NCBI GenBank assembly: GCA_044359815.1
Contig: JBIKLL010000056.1
Span: forward strand, 1-18,760
DNA length: 18,760 bases
Reading direction: 5' to 3'
From: Pseudobdellovibrionaceae bacterium
GTDB taxonomy: Bacteria > Bdellovibrionota > Bdellovibrionia > Bdellovibrionales > Bdellovibrionaceae
Each line of letters opens with the position of its first letter. Within the stretch, counting starts at the first letter, position 1. The position numbers were made by a program, and so were the translations under genes. The notes below the pieces were generated by a model. It saw only the letters and a program-made list of their open reading frames with translations, had not been told where the DNA came from and made no database searches. Below, in pieces: positions 6,366 through 14,372 of the stretch.

Positions 6366-6940
6366 CCGTCCTCAGTGTTTTTAGTCAAGAACCCAAAAAA
6401 ATTGTATTCGTTGGCGATTCGTTAACAGAAGGTTACGGAGTCTCGAAAGAGCAATCCTATCCTCATTTACTGCAACAAAAAATTGATAAAAGCCATCCTG
6501 GTAAATTTCAAATTTTAAATTCCAGCATTAGCGGATCAACGACGGCTTCTTTGGTGTCCCGAACAGATTGGGTGCTCAAAAGCCAACCCTATGCTGTGGT
6601 TATTGCACTGGGGGCCAATGATGGTCTTAGGGGGCAGGGCGTGGATTTAATTGATCAAAATATTTCCAACGCGATCAAGGTGTTTCAGAAAAACAAAATT
6701 AAAGTTTTATTACTTGGCATGAGAATGCCGCCAAATTATGGCATTGATTACACCGTCCAGTTTGATAAAGTTTTTAAAAAAATCGCTGATAAAAACAAAA
6801 CGCCGCTGATGCCATTTTTGTTGGACAAGGTGGCGGGTGATAAAGGCTTAAATCAAAGTGACGGGATTCATCCCAATGAAAAAGGACATCAAATTATGTC
6901 AGAAACTGTTTACAAATTTTTAGTAAAGAATTTGTTATGA
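6341..6940 (+). CDS. tesA: Exported SGNH/GDSL arylesterase / acyl-CoA thioesterase I / lysophospholipase L1
   Basis: Blocks 'FVGDSLTEGYG', 'NSSISG', 'LGANDGLRG', 'MPPNYG' and 'DGIHPN'. Short hydrophobic signal-like N-terminus. Adjacent to ybbA/ybbP. Confidence 0.9.
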   Translation: MIIKAFFFSVLSVFSQEPKKIVFVGDSLTEGYGVSKEQSYPHLLQQKIDKSHPGKFQILNSSISGSTTASLVSRTDWVLKSQPYAVVIALGANDGLRGQGVDLIDQNISNAIKVFQKNKIKVLLLGMRMPPNYGIDYTVQFDKVFKKIADKNKTPLMPFLLDKVAGDKGLNQSDGIHPNEKGHQIMSETVYKFLVKNLL

Positions 6941-7584
6941 GTCTGGAAGTTAAAAATGTTTTTAAATCCTACACCCAAGGGAATCAGAATATATCTGTAC
7001 TGAAGGGGCTATCGTTTGCTGCGAGTAATGGCGAAATCATCGCAATAGTAGGTCAATCAGGCAGTGGAAAATCAACCTTGTTAAGCTTGCTCAGCGGGCT
7101 GGATTCCAGCGATCAAGGTCAGATTATTATTAATGGAACCGACATCAATAAATTGGATGAGCGTCAAAGAACTCTGTTTAGAGCAAAAAACATCGGGATT
7201 GTGTTTCAGCAGTTTCATTTGATTTCACACCTATCGGCACAAGAAAACGTTCAATTGGCTTGCGAAATCGCCGGTGTAAAAAATGAACCTGAAAAATTAT
7301 TGCAGCGAGTGGGTCTTGGGCACCGGGTGGGGCATTTTCCCAGTCAATTAAGCGGTGGCGAATGTCAGAGGGTAGCCATTGCCAGGGCTTTGTCAGTGAA
7401 TCCAAAAATTCTGCTGGCGGATGAACCCAGTGGAAATCTGGATGAAAAAACCGGTAAAAGCGTAATGGATTTGTTGTTTGAGCAAGTCAGGAAATTGAAA
7501 ACAACAACTGTTTTGGTCACACATAATGCCGAATTGGCCAAAAGATGTGATCGGATTTTGATATTGGAAGACGGTAAAGTGTGA
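6937..7584 (+). CDS. ybbA: ABC transporter ATP-binding subunit (YbbA/LolD/MacB-like)
   Basis: Walker A GQSGSGKST, Q-loop 'IVFQQFHL', signature LSGGE, Walker B ILLADEP, H-loop VTH. ATGA overlap with tesA. Confidence 0.9.
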   Translation: MSLEVKNVFKSYTQGNQNISVLKGLSFAASNGEIIAIVGQSGSGKSTLLSLLSGLDSSDQGQIIINGTDINKLDERQRTLFRAKNIGIVFQQFHLISHLSAQENVQLACEIAGVKNEPEKLLQRVGLGHRVGHFPSQLSGGECQRVAIARALSVNPKILLADEPSGNLDEKTGKSVMDLLFEQVRKLKTTTVLVTHNAELAKRCDRILILEDGKV

Positions 7585-10097
7585 TTTTTCGTTGGATAAT
7601 TGCAGAACTTAAAAACAGCAAGAGGTTCACAATTTTATTTGTGGCCAATTTGGTTTTTGGACTGTCAGGCTTTATAGTTTTGCAAAGTTTAAAATCTTCC
7701 ATTGCTACATTGATAGACAGCAATACAAAAAACTACCTTAGCGCAGATTACAGCGTATCTGTTAGACGTCTGTTTTCAGATACAGAGCTAGAATCATTAT
7801 CCGCTGTTGTTAATCCCGATCAAAGCTCCCGGGCCTGGGAATTTATGACAATGATACAGAATCAAAAATCAGATTCTCGCCTGGTTCAAATAAAAGCAGT
7901 GAAGCAAAATTATCCGTTTTATGGGTCGCTGACTTTGGGCTCGCAGAAAATAATTAAGGGAACTGATCCCAAAGAAATTATGACTGATAAAAAAGCTTGG
8001 GTTTATCCAGAATTGTTAGTTCAGCTGAATATTAAAATTGGGGACAAAGTTAAAATACTGGGGCAAGAATTTGTTATTGCCGACACAATTGTTGATGATG
8101 CGACTCAAACGATGAGGCTTTCGTCATTAGCCCCCAAAATATATTTGGGTTTTGATCAGGTTCAATCAATGGGAATCAGTTCATTGGGTGTGACGTTGAC
8201 AGATCAAATGTATTTTAAGTTTTCTGAATCAGAATCAGTTGAGCCATTGATTCAAAAATTAAATCAATCAATCACAGATCCGGCAGTCCGATTTACCAGT
8301 CCCAAAGAAGCTAATCAGGATGTGTCAAGAGTGCTTAGCTATCTGTCGGACTATCTCAGTTTAGTTACAATGGCTGCGATATTTTTATGCGCGATTGGAT
8401 GTGCCTTTTTAATCAGATATTATTTAGGACAAAAAGTTAAAACCTATGCAGTGTACAGAGCCTTGGGAATGCCTCCGCTTTTAGCAAACGGGATTTATTT
8501 GCTGCAAATTGTGGTATTGGGTTTAGTGTCAGCTGTGGGGGCTTATTTGATTTCGCTGGTGTTGAGACCAAGCCTTAATCAAATGATGTCGGCATTTGCG
8601 CCCAAGGATTTTCAATTTAATGTGGGAAGTTCAGTTTTGTTTGTGGGACTGATCATTTCTTGCGTATTAGCGGTTCTAATGAGCACTCCGTTTTTAATTA
8701 GACTGTTTAAATCAAAGCCATCAGATTTATTTTCTGAATCCCAGCAGTTTGAAACTAAAACTACATGGCATGGATATTTTGTTTGGTTTTTGTTTTTAGT
8801 TTTTATGTTGATGCTTTGTTTTTGGCAGACAAAATCACTAAAAATGACATTTGTGTTTTTTGGATTGATGTTAGGTGCTGGGTTTTTTGTTGGCTCATTG
8901 GGATTTGCGTTGTTGAAGCTGCCATTGCGATTTAAAAATTGGGTTTGGCATTACGGGTATTTGTCATTTTCCAGAAAAAAGGCTTTAAGCCTGTCGTTGG
9001 TGGCAGTTATTGGCTTGAGTTCTTGTTTGCTGAATCTGCTGCCGCAGTTGAAAACAAATATTTATCGTGATTTCGAATCACCAAACATGTTGACCCTGCC
9101 TAATCTGTTTATGTTTGATATTCAGGACGAGCAATTGGGTCCCATCACAGAAGTCATTCAACAAAATAATTATAAAATTCAAAACCTATCCCCGCTGATT
9201 AGAGCCAGGATTATAAAAATCAACGATAAAAATTTTGAACGTAATCTGGATACAGGAACGCAGTTCACTCGTGAGCAAGAGGAAGACATTCGATTTCGTA
9301 ACAGAGGTGTCAATCTGAGTTATCGAGGACAGTTTGCCGATTCTGAAGAAGTCATTCAGGGCGATCCATCTTGGGAGCGACACACTGGGGGCACCCCTTT
9401 GCTGTCCGTCGAATATTGGTATGCAGAAAGACTGGGATTGAAAATTGGTGATGAGCTTGAGTTCGATGTGCAAGGAGTTGTGGTCAAAGGTAAGATTCAC
9501 AATCTGCGCAAGGTTAAATGGAACAGCTTTCAGCCTAACTTTTTTGTACTGTTTCAAGAGGGCGTTTTGGAAAGCGCTCCTAAGATATTCTTGGCAGGAG
9601 TTTATGGATCAGACAAAACCAATGACATAAAATTACAAAACGATATTGCCAAAGTTGCTGGGAATGTTTCTGTCATCACAGTTTCTGGGCTGATTCAGAA
9701 GATTTTAGAGCTTTCTGATCGCTTGACTTGGTCCATGCAAGCTCTGTCTTTGTTGACGCTTTTGGTGGGACTGGTGATTTTGTATTCGCTGGTTCAGTTT
9801 CAATTGCAGCAAAAGGCTTGGGATCTGAATCTGTTAAAACTTTTAGGAATCAATCCGAGTCAGCTGAGGTTGTACGTGTTGATCGAATATCTGGGGCCTG
9901 TGGCGTTAAGTATTTTTATCGGGTCATTCATCAGTACGTTGATATCTTGGGTGCTGATGAAGTTTGTGTTTTCTTCGACCTATGTGATTGATTGGTCCTA
10001 TTTGATTTTGGTGAACCTTTTGATCTTGGCGTTGACTTCAATATTAATTTTACTTTCGACGTCTAAAACATTAGACACAAAACCCAGATTGGCATAA
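7581..10097 (+). CDS. ybbP: ABC transporter permease with a duplicated FtsX/MacB-type architecture (YbbP-like)
   Basis: 838 aa with two periplasmic/TM halves and YbbP-type motifs 'YPFYG.L', 'PNLFMFDIQ' and 'RKVKWNSFQPNFF'. GTGA overlap with the ATPase gene. Confidence 0.88.
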   Translation: MIFRWIIAELKNSKRFTILFVANLVFGLSGFIVLQSLKSSIATLIDSNTKNYLSADYSVSVRRLFSDTELESLSAVVNPDQSSRAWEFMTMIQNQKSDSRLVQIKAVKQNYPFYGSLTLGSQKIIKGTDPKEIMTDKKAWVYPELLVQLNIKIGDKVKILGQEFVIADTIVDDATQTMRLSSLAPKIYLGFDQVQSMGISSLGVTLTDQMYFKFSESESVEPLIQKLNQSITDPAVRFTSPKEANQDVSRVLSYLSDYLSLVTMAAIFLCAIGCAFLIRYYLGQKVKTYAVYRALGMPPLLANGIYLLQIVVLGLVSAVGAYLISLVLRPSLNQMMSAFAPKDFQFNVGSSVLFVGLIISCVLAVLMSTPFLIRLFKSKPSDLFSESQQFETKTTWHGYFVWFLFLVFMLMLCFWQTKSLKMTFVFFGLMLGAGFFVGSLGFALLKLPLRFKNWVWHYGYLSFSRKKALSLSLVAVIGLSSCLLNLLPQLKTNIYRDFESPNMLTLPNLFMFDIQDEQLGPITEVIQQNNYKIQNLSPLIRARIIKINDKNFERNLDTGTQFTREQEEDIRFRNRGVNLSYRGQFADSEEVIQGDPSWERHTGGTPLLSVEYWYAERLGLKIGDELEFDVQGVVVKGKIHNLRKVKWNSFQPNFFVLFQEGVLESAPKIFLAGVYGSDKTNDIKLQNDIAKVAGNVSVITVSGLIQKILELSDRLTWSMQALSLLTLLVGLVILYSLVQFQLQQKAWDLNLLKLLGINPSQLRLYVLIEYLGPVALSIFIGSFISTLISWVLMKFVFSSTYVIDWSYLILVNLLILALTSILILLSTSKTLDTKPRLA

Positions 10098-10107
10098 TTG
10101 GTTTTAA

Positions 10108-11052
10108 GTGAATCATTCAGTAAAACAGGCGATATCAGCATTTGAAAATAATCAGTTAGTGGCAATCCCGACTGAAACAGTTTATGGTTTGGCAGCACCC
10201 ATAAATAATATCAAACTTATCGAGAAAATATTTTTTCTGAAAAAGCGACCGTTTTATGATCCATTGATTTGCCATATTTCCGATAAAAATCAAATTTCGC
10301 TTTTGAGTGATGATTTTGATCCTTTGCTGTTAAATTTAGCTCAGAAATTTTGGCCAGGGCCATTGACCTTTGTAGTCCCAAAGCTCAGCAGTGTGTCTGA
10401 TATGATTACCTCTGGTTTGGATTCAGTGGCTATCAGAATGCCGGATCATCCACTGACCCTTGAGCTGATCACAGAAATGAAAATTCCATTGGCTGCTCCC
10501 AGCGCTAACTTGTTTGGCAAAGTCAGCCCAACCAGTGAATCACATGTGACAGACAGTTTTAAACCCGATGATGTTTTTGTTCTAAGGGGTGGAGACTGTA
10601 AAGGCGGGATTGAATCCACAGTGGTCAAATTGGATAAATCCAAAAAGCAAATTGTGATATTGCGACCGGGGTTGGTGACTTTATCCATGTTAGCCCAGAA
10701 TCCCGATGTTCTGAAATCAGGTTACAGCGTTGTTCACAGTTTAAATAGTGCCCAGGAATCCCCTGGTCAACTGGCTCATCATTATATGCCAGACAAACCA
10801 TTGTGTTTGATTGATGAATCCAGCAACATGGATATGATCAAAAGTCAGTTTGCCACTTTTGATTTTTTGCAGTTACCTGCTGAAGCCGTATTGGCTGCCA
10901 GGGATTTGTATGGAAAGCTTAGAGCCATGGATAAAAAATCAGGACAGGCCATCTTGTTGAAAATGGAATCAGATTGGTCTGGCGAATTGTGGGACTCAAT
11001 CAAAGAAAGACTGCAGAAAGCCTCCAGTTTTGATTTCAGAAAGAAGCATTAA
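10108..11052 (+). CDS. sua5: L-threonylcarbamoyladenylate synthase, Sua5 (TsaC2) type
   Basis: 'AIPTETVYGL', 'K.RP..DPLI.H', 'FWPGPLT', 'AAPSAN', 'GIEST', 'LRPG', linker 'SPGQLAHHY', and a C-terminal SUA5-like domain. GTG start. Confidence 0.93.
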   Translation: MNHSVKQAISAFENNQLVAIPTETVYGLAAPINNIKLIEKIFFLKKRPFYDPLICHISDKNQISLLSDDFDPLLLNLAQKFWPGPLTFVVPKLSSVSDMITSGLDSVAIRMPDHPLTLELITEMKIPLAAPSANLFGKVSPTSESHVTDSFKPDDVFVLRGGDCKGGIESTVVKLDKSKKQIVILRPGLVTLSMLAQNPDVLKSGYSVVHSLNSAQESPGQLAHHYMPDKPLCLIDESSNMDMIKSQFATFDFLQLPAEAVLAARDLYGKLRAMDKKSGQAILLKMESDWSGELWDSIKERLQKASSFDFRKKH

Positions 11053-11913
11053 ATGGTCATTTTCAGAGTGATCATAAAAACCATTTTATTTCTGTTGTTG
11101 TTTTTTGCCTTTTTGTTTGGATCACTGGCTTTGCGATTGTATTGGAGATTTGGACTTACAGATCACGATAGCTATTTACTGACGCAACTGAAGTATAATC
11201 GCTTTATAAATTTATGGGTTTTATGGGTGATGAATGTCAGGGTTCAAATCATTAACCCACCGGATTTTAAAAATCATTATCTGATAGTCTCAAACCACAC
11301 AGGGTTTTTGGATATTTTTTTGATGAATGCTTACAGCACAGGTTTGTTTATTACCTCAGTCGAAATGCGAAACACACCAGTTCTGGGGTGGGTAACTGAT
11401 GCCGGAGGATGTTTGTATGTTGAAAGGCGAGATCGATCAAATATTTCAAATGAAGTTTTAAAAATCAGACATGTTTTGCAAAAAGGATTTAATGTTATTT
11501 TGTATCCTGAGGGGACATCATCTGACGGAGCCCAGGTTTTACCCTTTAAGCGAACTTTGATAACTGCGGCAGTGGGAGTTGTTCCAATTTTGCCTGCTGT
11601 TATAAATTATGACTTGGTCAATGATCAGCCTATGCATCACAAATACCGTAAGGCAGTTTTTTGGTATGGGGATTATCATTTTTCTACCAGTATAATTAGA
11701 GCCTTTGCATTGAAATCGATTAATTTGAGTCTGAAATTTCTAGAGCCCGTTAGCATCAATCAGACGGATAATAAGGCCGAGGTTGCCGAGATTTTGCATG
11801 AACGCATCGCCAGCCATTACAAAATTGTCCCATATCCCGAAGGAGTTCCCAGTGACTTTACAGTTCCTGAGTATCTGAGATCGCGTAAAAATTCTGCTGA
11901 GATTGAAAAATAG
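11053..11913 (+). CDS. 1-acyl-sn-glycerol-3-phosphate / lysolipid acyltransferase (PlsC/LPLAT family)
   Basis: N-terminal TM helix, H-x4-D motif 'SNHTGFLD', and 'YPEGTSS...LPFK'. Starts immediately after the sua5 stop. Confidence 0.9.
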   Translation: MVIFRVIIKTILFLLLFFAFLFGSLALRLYWRFGLTDHDSYLLTQLKYNRFINLWVLWVMNVRVQIINPPDFKNHYLIVSNHTGFLDIFLMNAYSTGLFITSVEMRNTPVLGWVTDAGGCLYVERRDRSNISNEVLKIRHVLQKGFNVILYPEGTSSDGAQVLPFKRTLITAAVGVVPILPAVINYDLVNDQPMHHKYRKAVFWYGDYHFSTSIIRAFALKSINLSLKFLEPVSINQTDNKAEVAEILHERIASHYKIVPYPEGVPSDFTVPEYLRSRKNSAEIEK

Positions 11914-12062
11914 TAAACTGTAAGGATCAAATTTTGCCTTCGGCTCGCATAAGTTCTAGCGCAGCCCAATTGATGATGTCTAAGTTTTAGTCGATTCAAC
12001 CCCTGGCTGCGAACGCAATCAATAATTAGGTTTTTTATGAAAGTTCGGATAATATTGCCGTC

Positions 12063-13301
12063 ATGAAAACTCAAAAATTCCTTCTATTTACCTCTGTATT
12101 AGTCCTATCAACTGCTTGTGCTGATCCATTCAAAGTAATGGTTATCAAAAGTCTTGAAGAAAGCATGAATAAAACCATTACCGAAGCCAATGATGAGAAC
12201 TTGACCCGAGAACAGATCGAAAGTTCACCAAACAGTGCTGAGCATGTGTTTGATCAGGCCAGAAACTTGGACTGGGAAGAAGTGAATGAAAAAATCTGCG
12301 AAAAGCTGTTAAACATGCCAGCAGATGATTTGAAGGTTTTTGAAAGCGAAGCGATGCATCCCAAGAATGCTGAAACTGTAAAAAAATGCCGAGAGCAAGT
12401 TGCAAAGAAAGCTGAAAATGCTTGGGAAGAAGAGCGAAAGCAAATGCAGCAGGAGGGTTCAGTAACACTTAGAGGACCTGTTTATCAAACTGATGATCCT
12501 GAATACAATCAGCCCAAAGACACATCGGATCCACAGACGCATTCACCCATTGATTTAAACGGACATGAAGACATTATTTTAAATACTAAGGTTAAGCGCG
12601 TTTCAAATATTCCTGGCCGCACAACTATTAACGGAGAAGTTGGTCCCAAGGAACTGGTGCTGACATTCGATGATGGACCAAATCCAATCTACACTCTAAA
12701 AATTTTGGAAATTCTGGATCAAGTAGGAGCCAAAGTTAATTTCTTTATGATGGGTCAAAATGCAGTGGCCTATCCAAATATAGTCAAAATGGTGGGTTCC
12801 AAAGGACATTCGGTAGGATCGCATTCTTATTCTCATCCTTATATGGGTCAATGGAATGCAAAGACCTGTGCATCAGGGAAAACCAAATGTGTTAATTCTG
12901 AAGCCGCCAAGAACGAAATCAAAAGAGCCCACAGTGCGATTTTTAAAGTCTTGGGATGGATTGATCCATTTTTCAGATTCCCTTATGGTGCCAGCGTTAA
13001 GAGCGTGAAATCTTTTGTCCACGAAAATCAAATGATCGATTTTTTTTGGAATATAGATTCATTGGATTGGAAGTCCAAATGGAGTGCCAAGAAAATGTTA
13101 AACCACGTGATTTCTGGTATCGACAAACAAAAACGCGGGATCGTTTTGTTTCATGATATTCAACGTAAAACAGTCGAAGCTTTGCCAGAATTTTTACGTT
13201 TGATTTCTGATCGTGGTTATAAACTGGTTGTCATAATGCCTGAGGATTTAAACGTAAGGATGAGTCATCCAATCGTTTCGCCAGAAATCAGTCTAAAATA
13301 A
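12063..13301 (+). CDS. Lipoprotein polysaccharide (peptidoglycan GlcNAc) deacetylase, CE4/NodB family
   Basis: Lipobox-like 'LSTAC'. All five CE4 motifs are present: TFDDGP, HSYSH, RFPYG, DSLDW and LFHD. N-terminal helical region of unknown family. Confidence 0.92.
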   Translation: MKTQKFLLFTSVLVLSTACADPFKVMVIKSLEESMNKTITEANDENLTREQIESSPNSAEHVFDQARNLDWEEVNEKICEKLLNMPADDLKVFESEAMHPKNAETVKKCREQVAKKAENAWEEERKQMQQEGSVTLRGPVYQTDDPEYNQPKDTSDPQTHSPIDLNGHEDIILNTKVKRVSNIPGRTTINGEVGPKELVLTFDDGPNPIYTLKILEILDQVGAKVNFFMMGQNAVAYPNIVKMVGSKGHSVGSHSYSHPYMGQWNAKTCASGKTKCVNSEAAKNEIKRAHSAIFKVLGWIDPFFRFPYGASVKSVKSFVHENQMIDFFWNIDSLDWKSKWSAKKMLNHVISGIDKQKRGIVLFHDIQRKTVEALPEFLRLISDRGYKLVVIMPEDLNVRMSHPIVSPEISLK

Positions 13302-14190
13302 TATCCCAGCCGGTCCCCATATTGGTTTGATCTAAAATTTGTGCTCCATCATGTAAAATGATGGTGCCACCGCCACCGTAGATTGAAACTATGCTGCCAC
13401 CCCAAAGCTCGATATTGCCCTGAAAATTGCTGATTTGTCTAATGGCCCCCGGCGATCTGATCAATATATTGCCTGACCCGTCGCTGATTGTATCAATGGT
13501 TCCTTGCCACATATCGATTGTGCAGTAGTCACAGTTTTCAACCAAATCAATGCCTGAAGACTTATAAAAGGTGTATTCGCCAGAAACTCCGGACATCAAA
13601 TTGATTTTTCCGCCATAGAAATAAAACTTTGTAAAATTGGAATTCAAAATATTGCCACCATCAAAATTTACGAACTGAGAGCTGGTGTAAACGTTCGAGC
13701 TGATGGTAGGGAGCTTTAATATTTTAGTAGATCGGTTGATCAGTGTTAAGTGAGTGCCTTTGCCCTTGAAGACCGAGCCAGAAGGCATTTCATTTTGCAA
13801 TCCAAGGCACACTGATGTTGCAACCGTAGGTTGAAAGTACAACAGTGAATTTAGGTTTTTGATTCCAATTTTTTTGAAAGTTCCTGTTGTGACTGTTATC
13901 TGGTTGGCTTCGGTGGTTACAAAGTCTGAATGTGTTGAGCTTTGAAGACTCAAACTGCCGGTAGCCGTTGATGCAGGATAAAGCTCAAAGGGGTAGACGT
14001 TTTCACCACAGGATGGATTTATTTTTGTAAGACTGACGATTTCTTCGTAACCGTAATCAAAAGATTGAATCTGTTCTACACTGGCAAGCTGCCTGACTGA
14101 GCTGTCTGGGCTTGAGCAGTTTTGAAAGCCCAACATCAGTACTAAAGTTAGACTAAACAATATTAAGGCTGGTTGGTTTGCATTCTTCAC
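13288..14190 (-). CDS. Hypothetical lipoprotein with an FQNC lipobox and C-terminal beta-solenoid-like repeats
   Basis: Likely start is GTG 14190 (VKNANQPALILFSLTLVLMLGFQNC); the track start is 14241. Repeats of 17-18 aa in the last ~107 aa. Its 3' end overlaps the deacetylase 3' end by 14 nt. Confidence 0.75.
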   Translation of the reverse strand: MKNANQPALILFSLTLVLMLGFQNCSSPDSSVRQLASVEQIQSFDYGYEEIVSLTKINPSCGENVYPFELYPASTATGSLSLQSSTHSDFVTTEANQITVTTGTFKKIGIKNLNSLLYFQPTVATSVCLGLQNEMPSGSVFKGKGTHLTLINRSTKILKLPTISSNVYTSSQFVNFDGGNILNSNFTKFYFYGGKINLMSGVSGEYTFYKSSGIDLVENCDYCTIDMWQGTIDTISDGSGNILIRSPGAIRQISNFQGNIELWGGSIVSIYGGGGTIILHDGAQILDQTNMGTGWDIILD

Positions 14191-14197
14191 TAGACTT

Positions 14198-14225
14198 TTA
14201 TCGGATGCTGTTTGGCAATAGTTGA
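14198..14225 (-). promoter_or_regulatory. Candidate sigma28 (FliA)-type promoter, leaderless
   Basis: Minus strand TCAA (14225-14222)-N16-TCCGATAA (14205-14198), then 7 nt to GTG 14190. No SD sequence. Confidence 0.45.
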
Positions 14226-14293
14226 GGAAAATGTGTCTCAAAGTATTGAACTGTTTAAAAACGAAACGCCTATATACGCAAATTGTCTCCAGT

Positions 14294-14308
14294 GTCTCAT
14301 TTTGAGAT
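14294..14308. promoter_or_regulatory. GTCTCA-N3-TGAGA palindrome (possible transcription-factor site)
   Basis: GTCTCA-TTT-TGAGAT at 14294-14308. Further half-sites: TGTCTCA 14234-14240, TGTCTCC 14284-14290 and TTTGAGATT 14348-14356. Confidence 0.4.
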
Positions 14309-14372
14309 TAGCTGCAGTTATAAGCCAATTTATATCAGCTGAGAGGCTTTGAGATTGCATTATAGCCATGCT

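Noticed and set aside
11914..12062. Cyclic-di-GMP or other known riboswitch upstream of the deacetylase
   Set aside because: The GEMM-type conserved elements are not present in the right order on either strand. Only a generic hairpin is supported.
14191..14372. Upstream TTG starts at 14241 (-) and 14349 (+)
   Set aside because: Downstream GTG 14190 and ATG 14373 give proper signal peptides, and the extensions overlap putative regulatory motifs.
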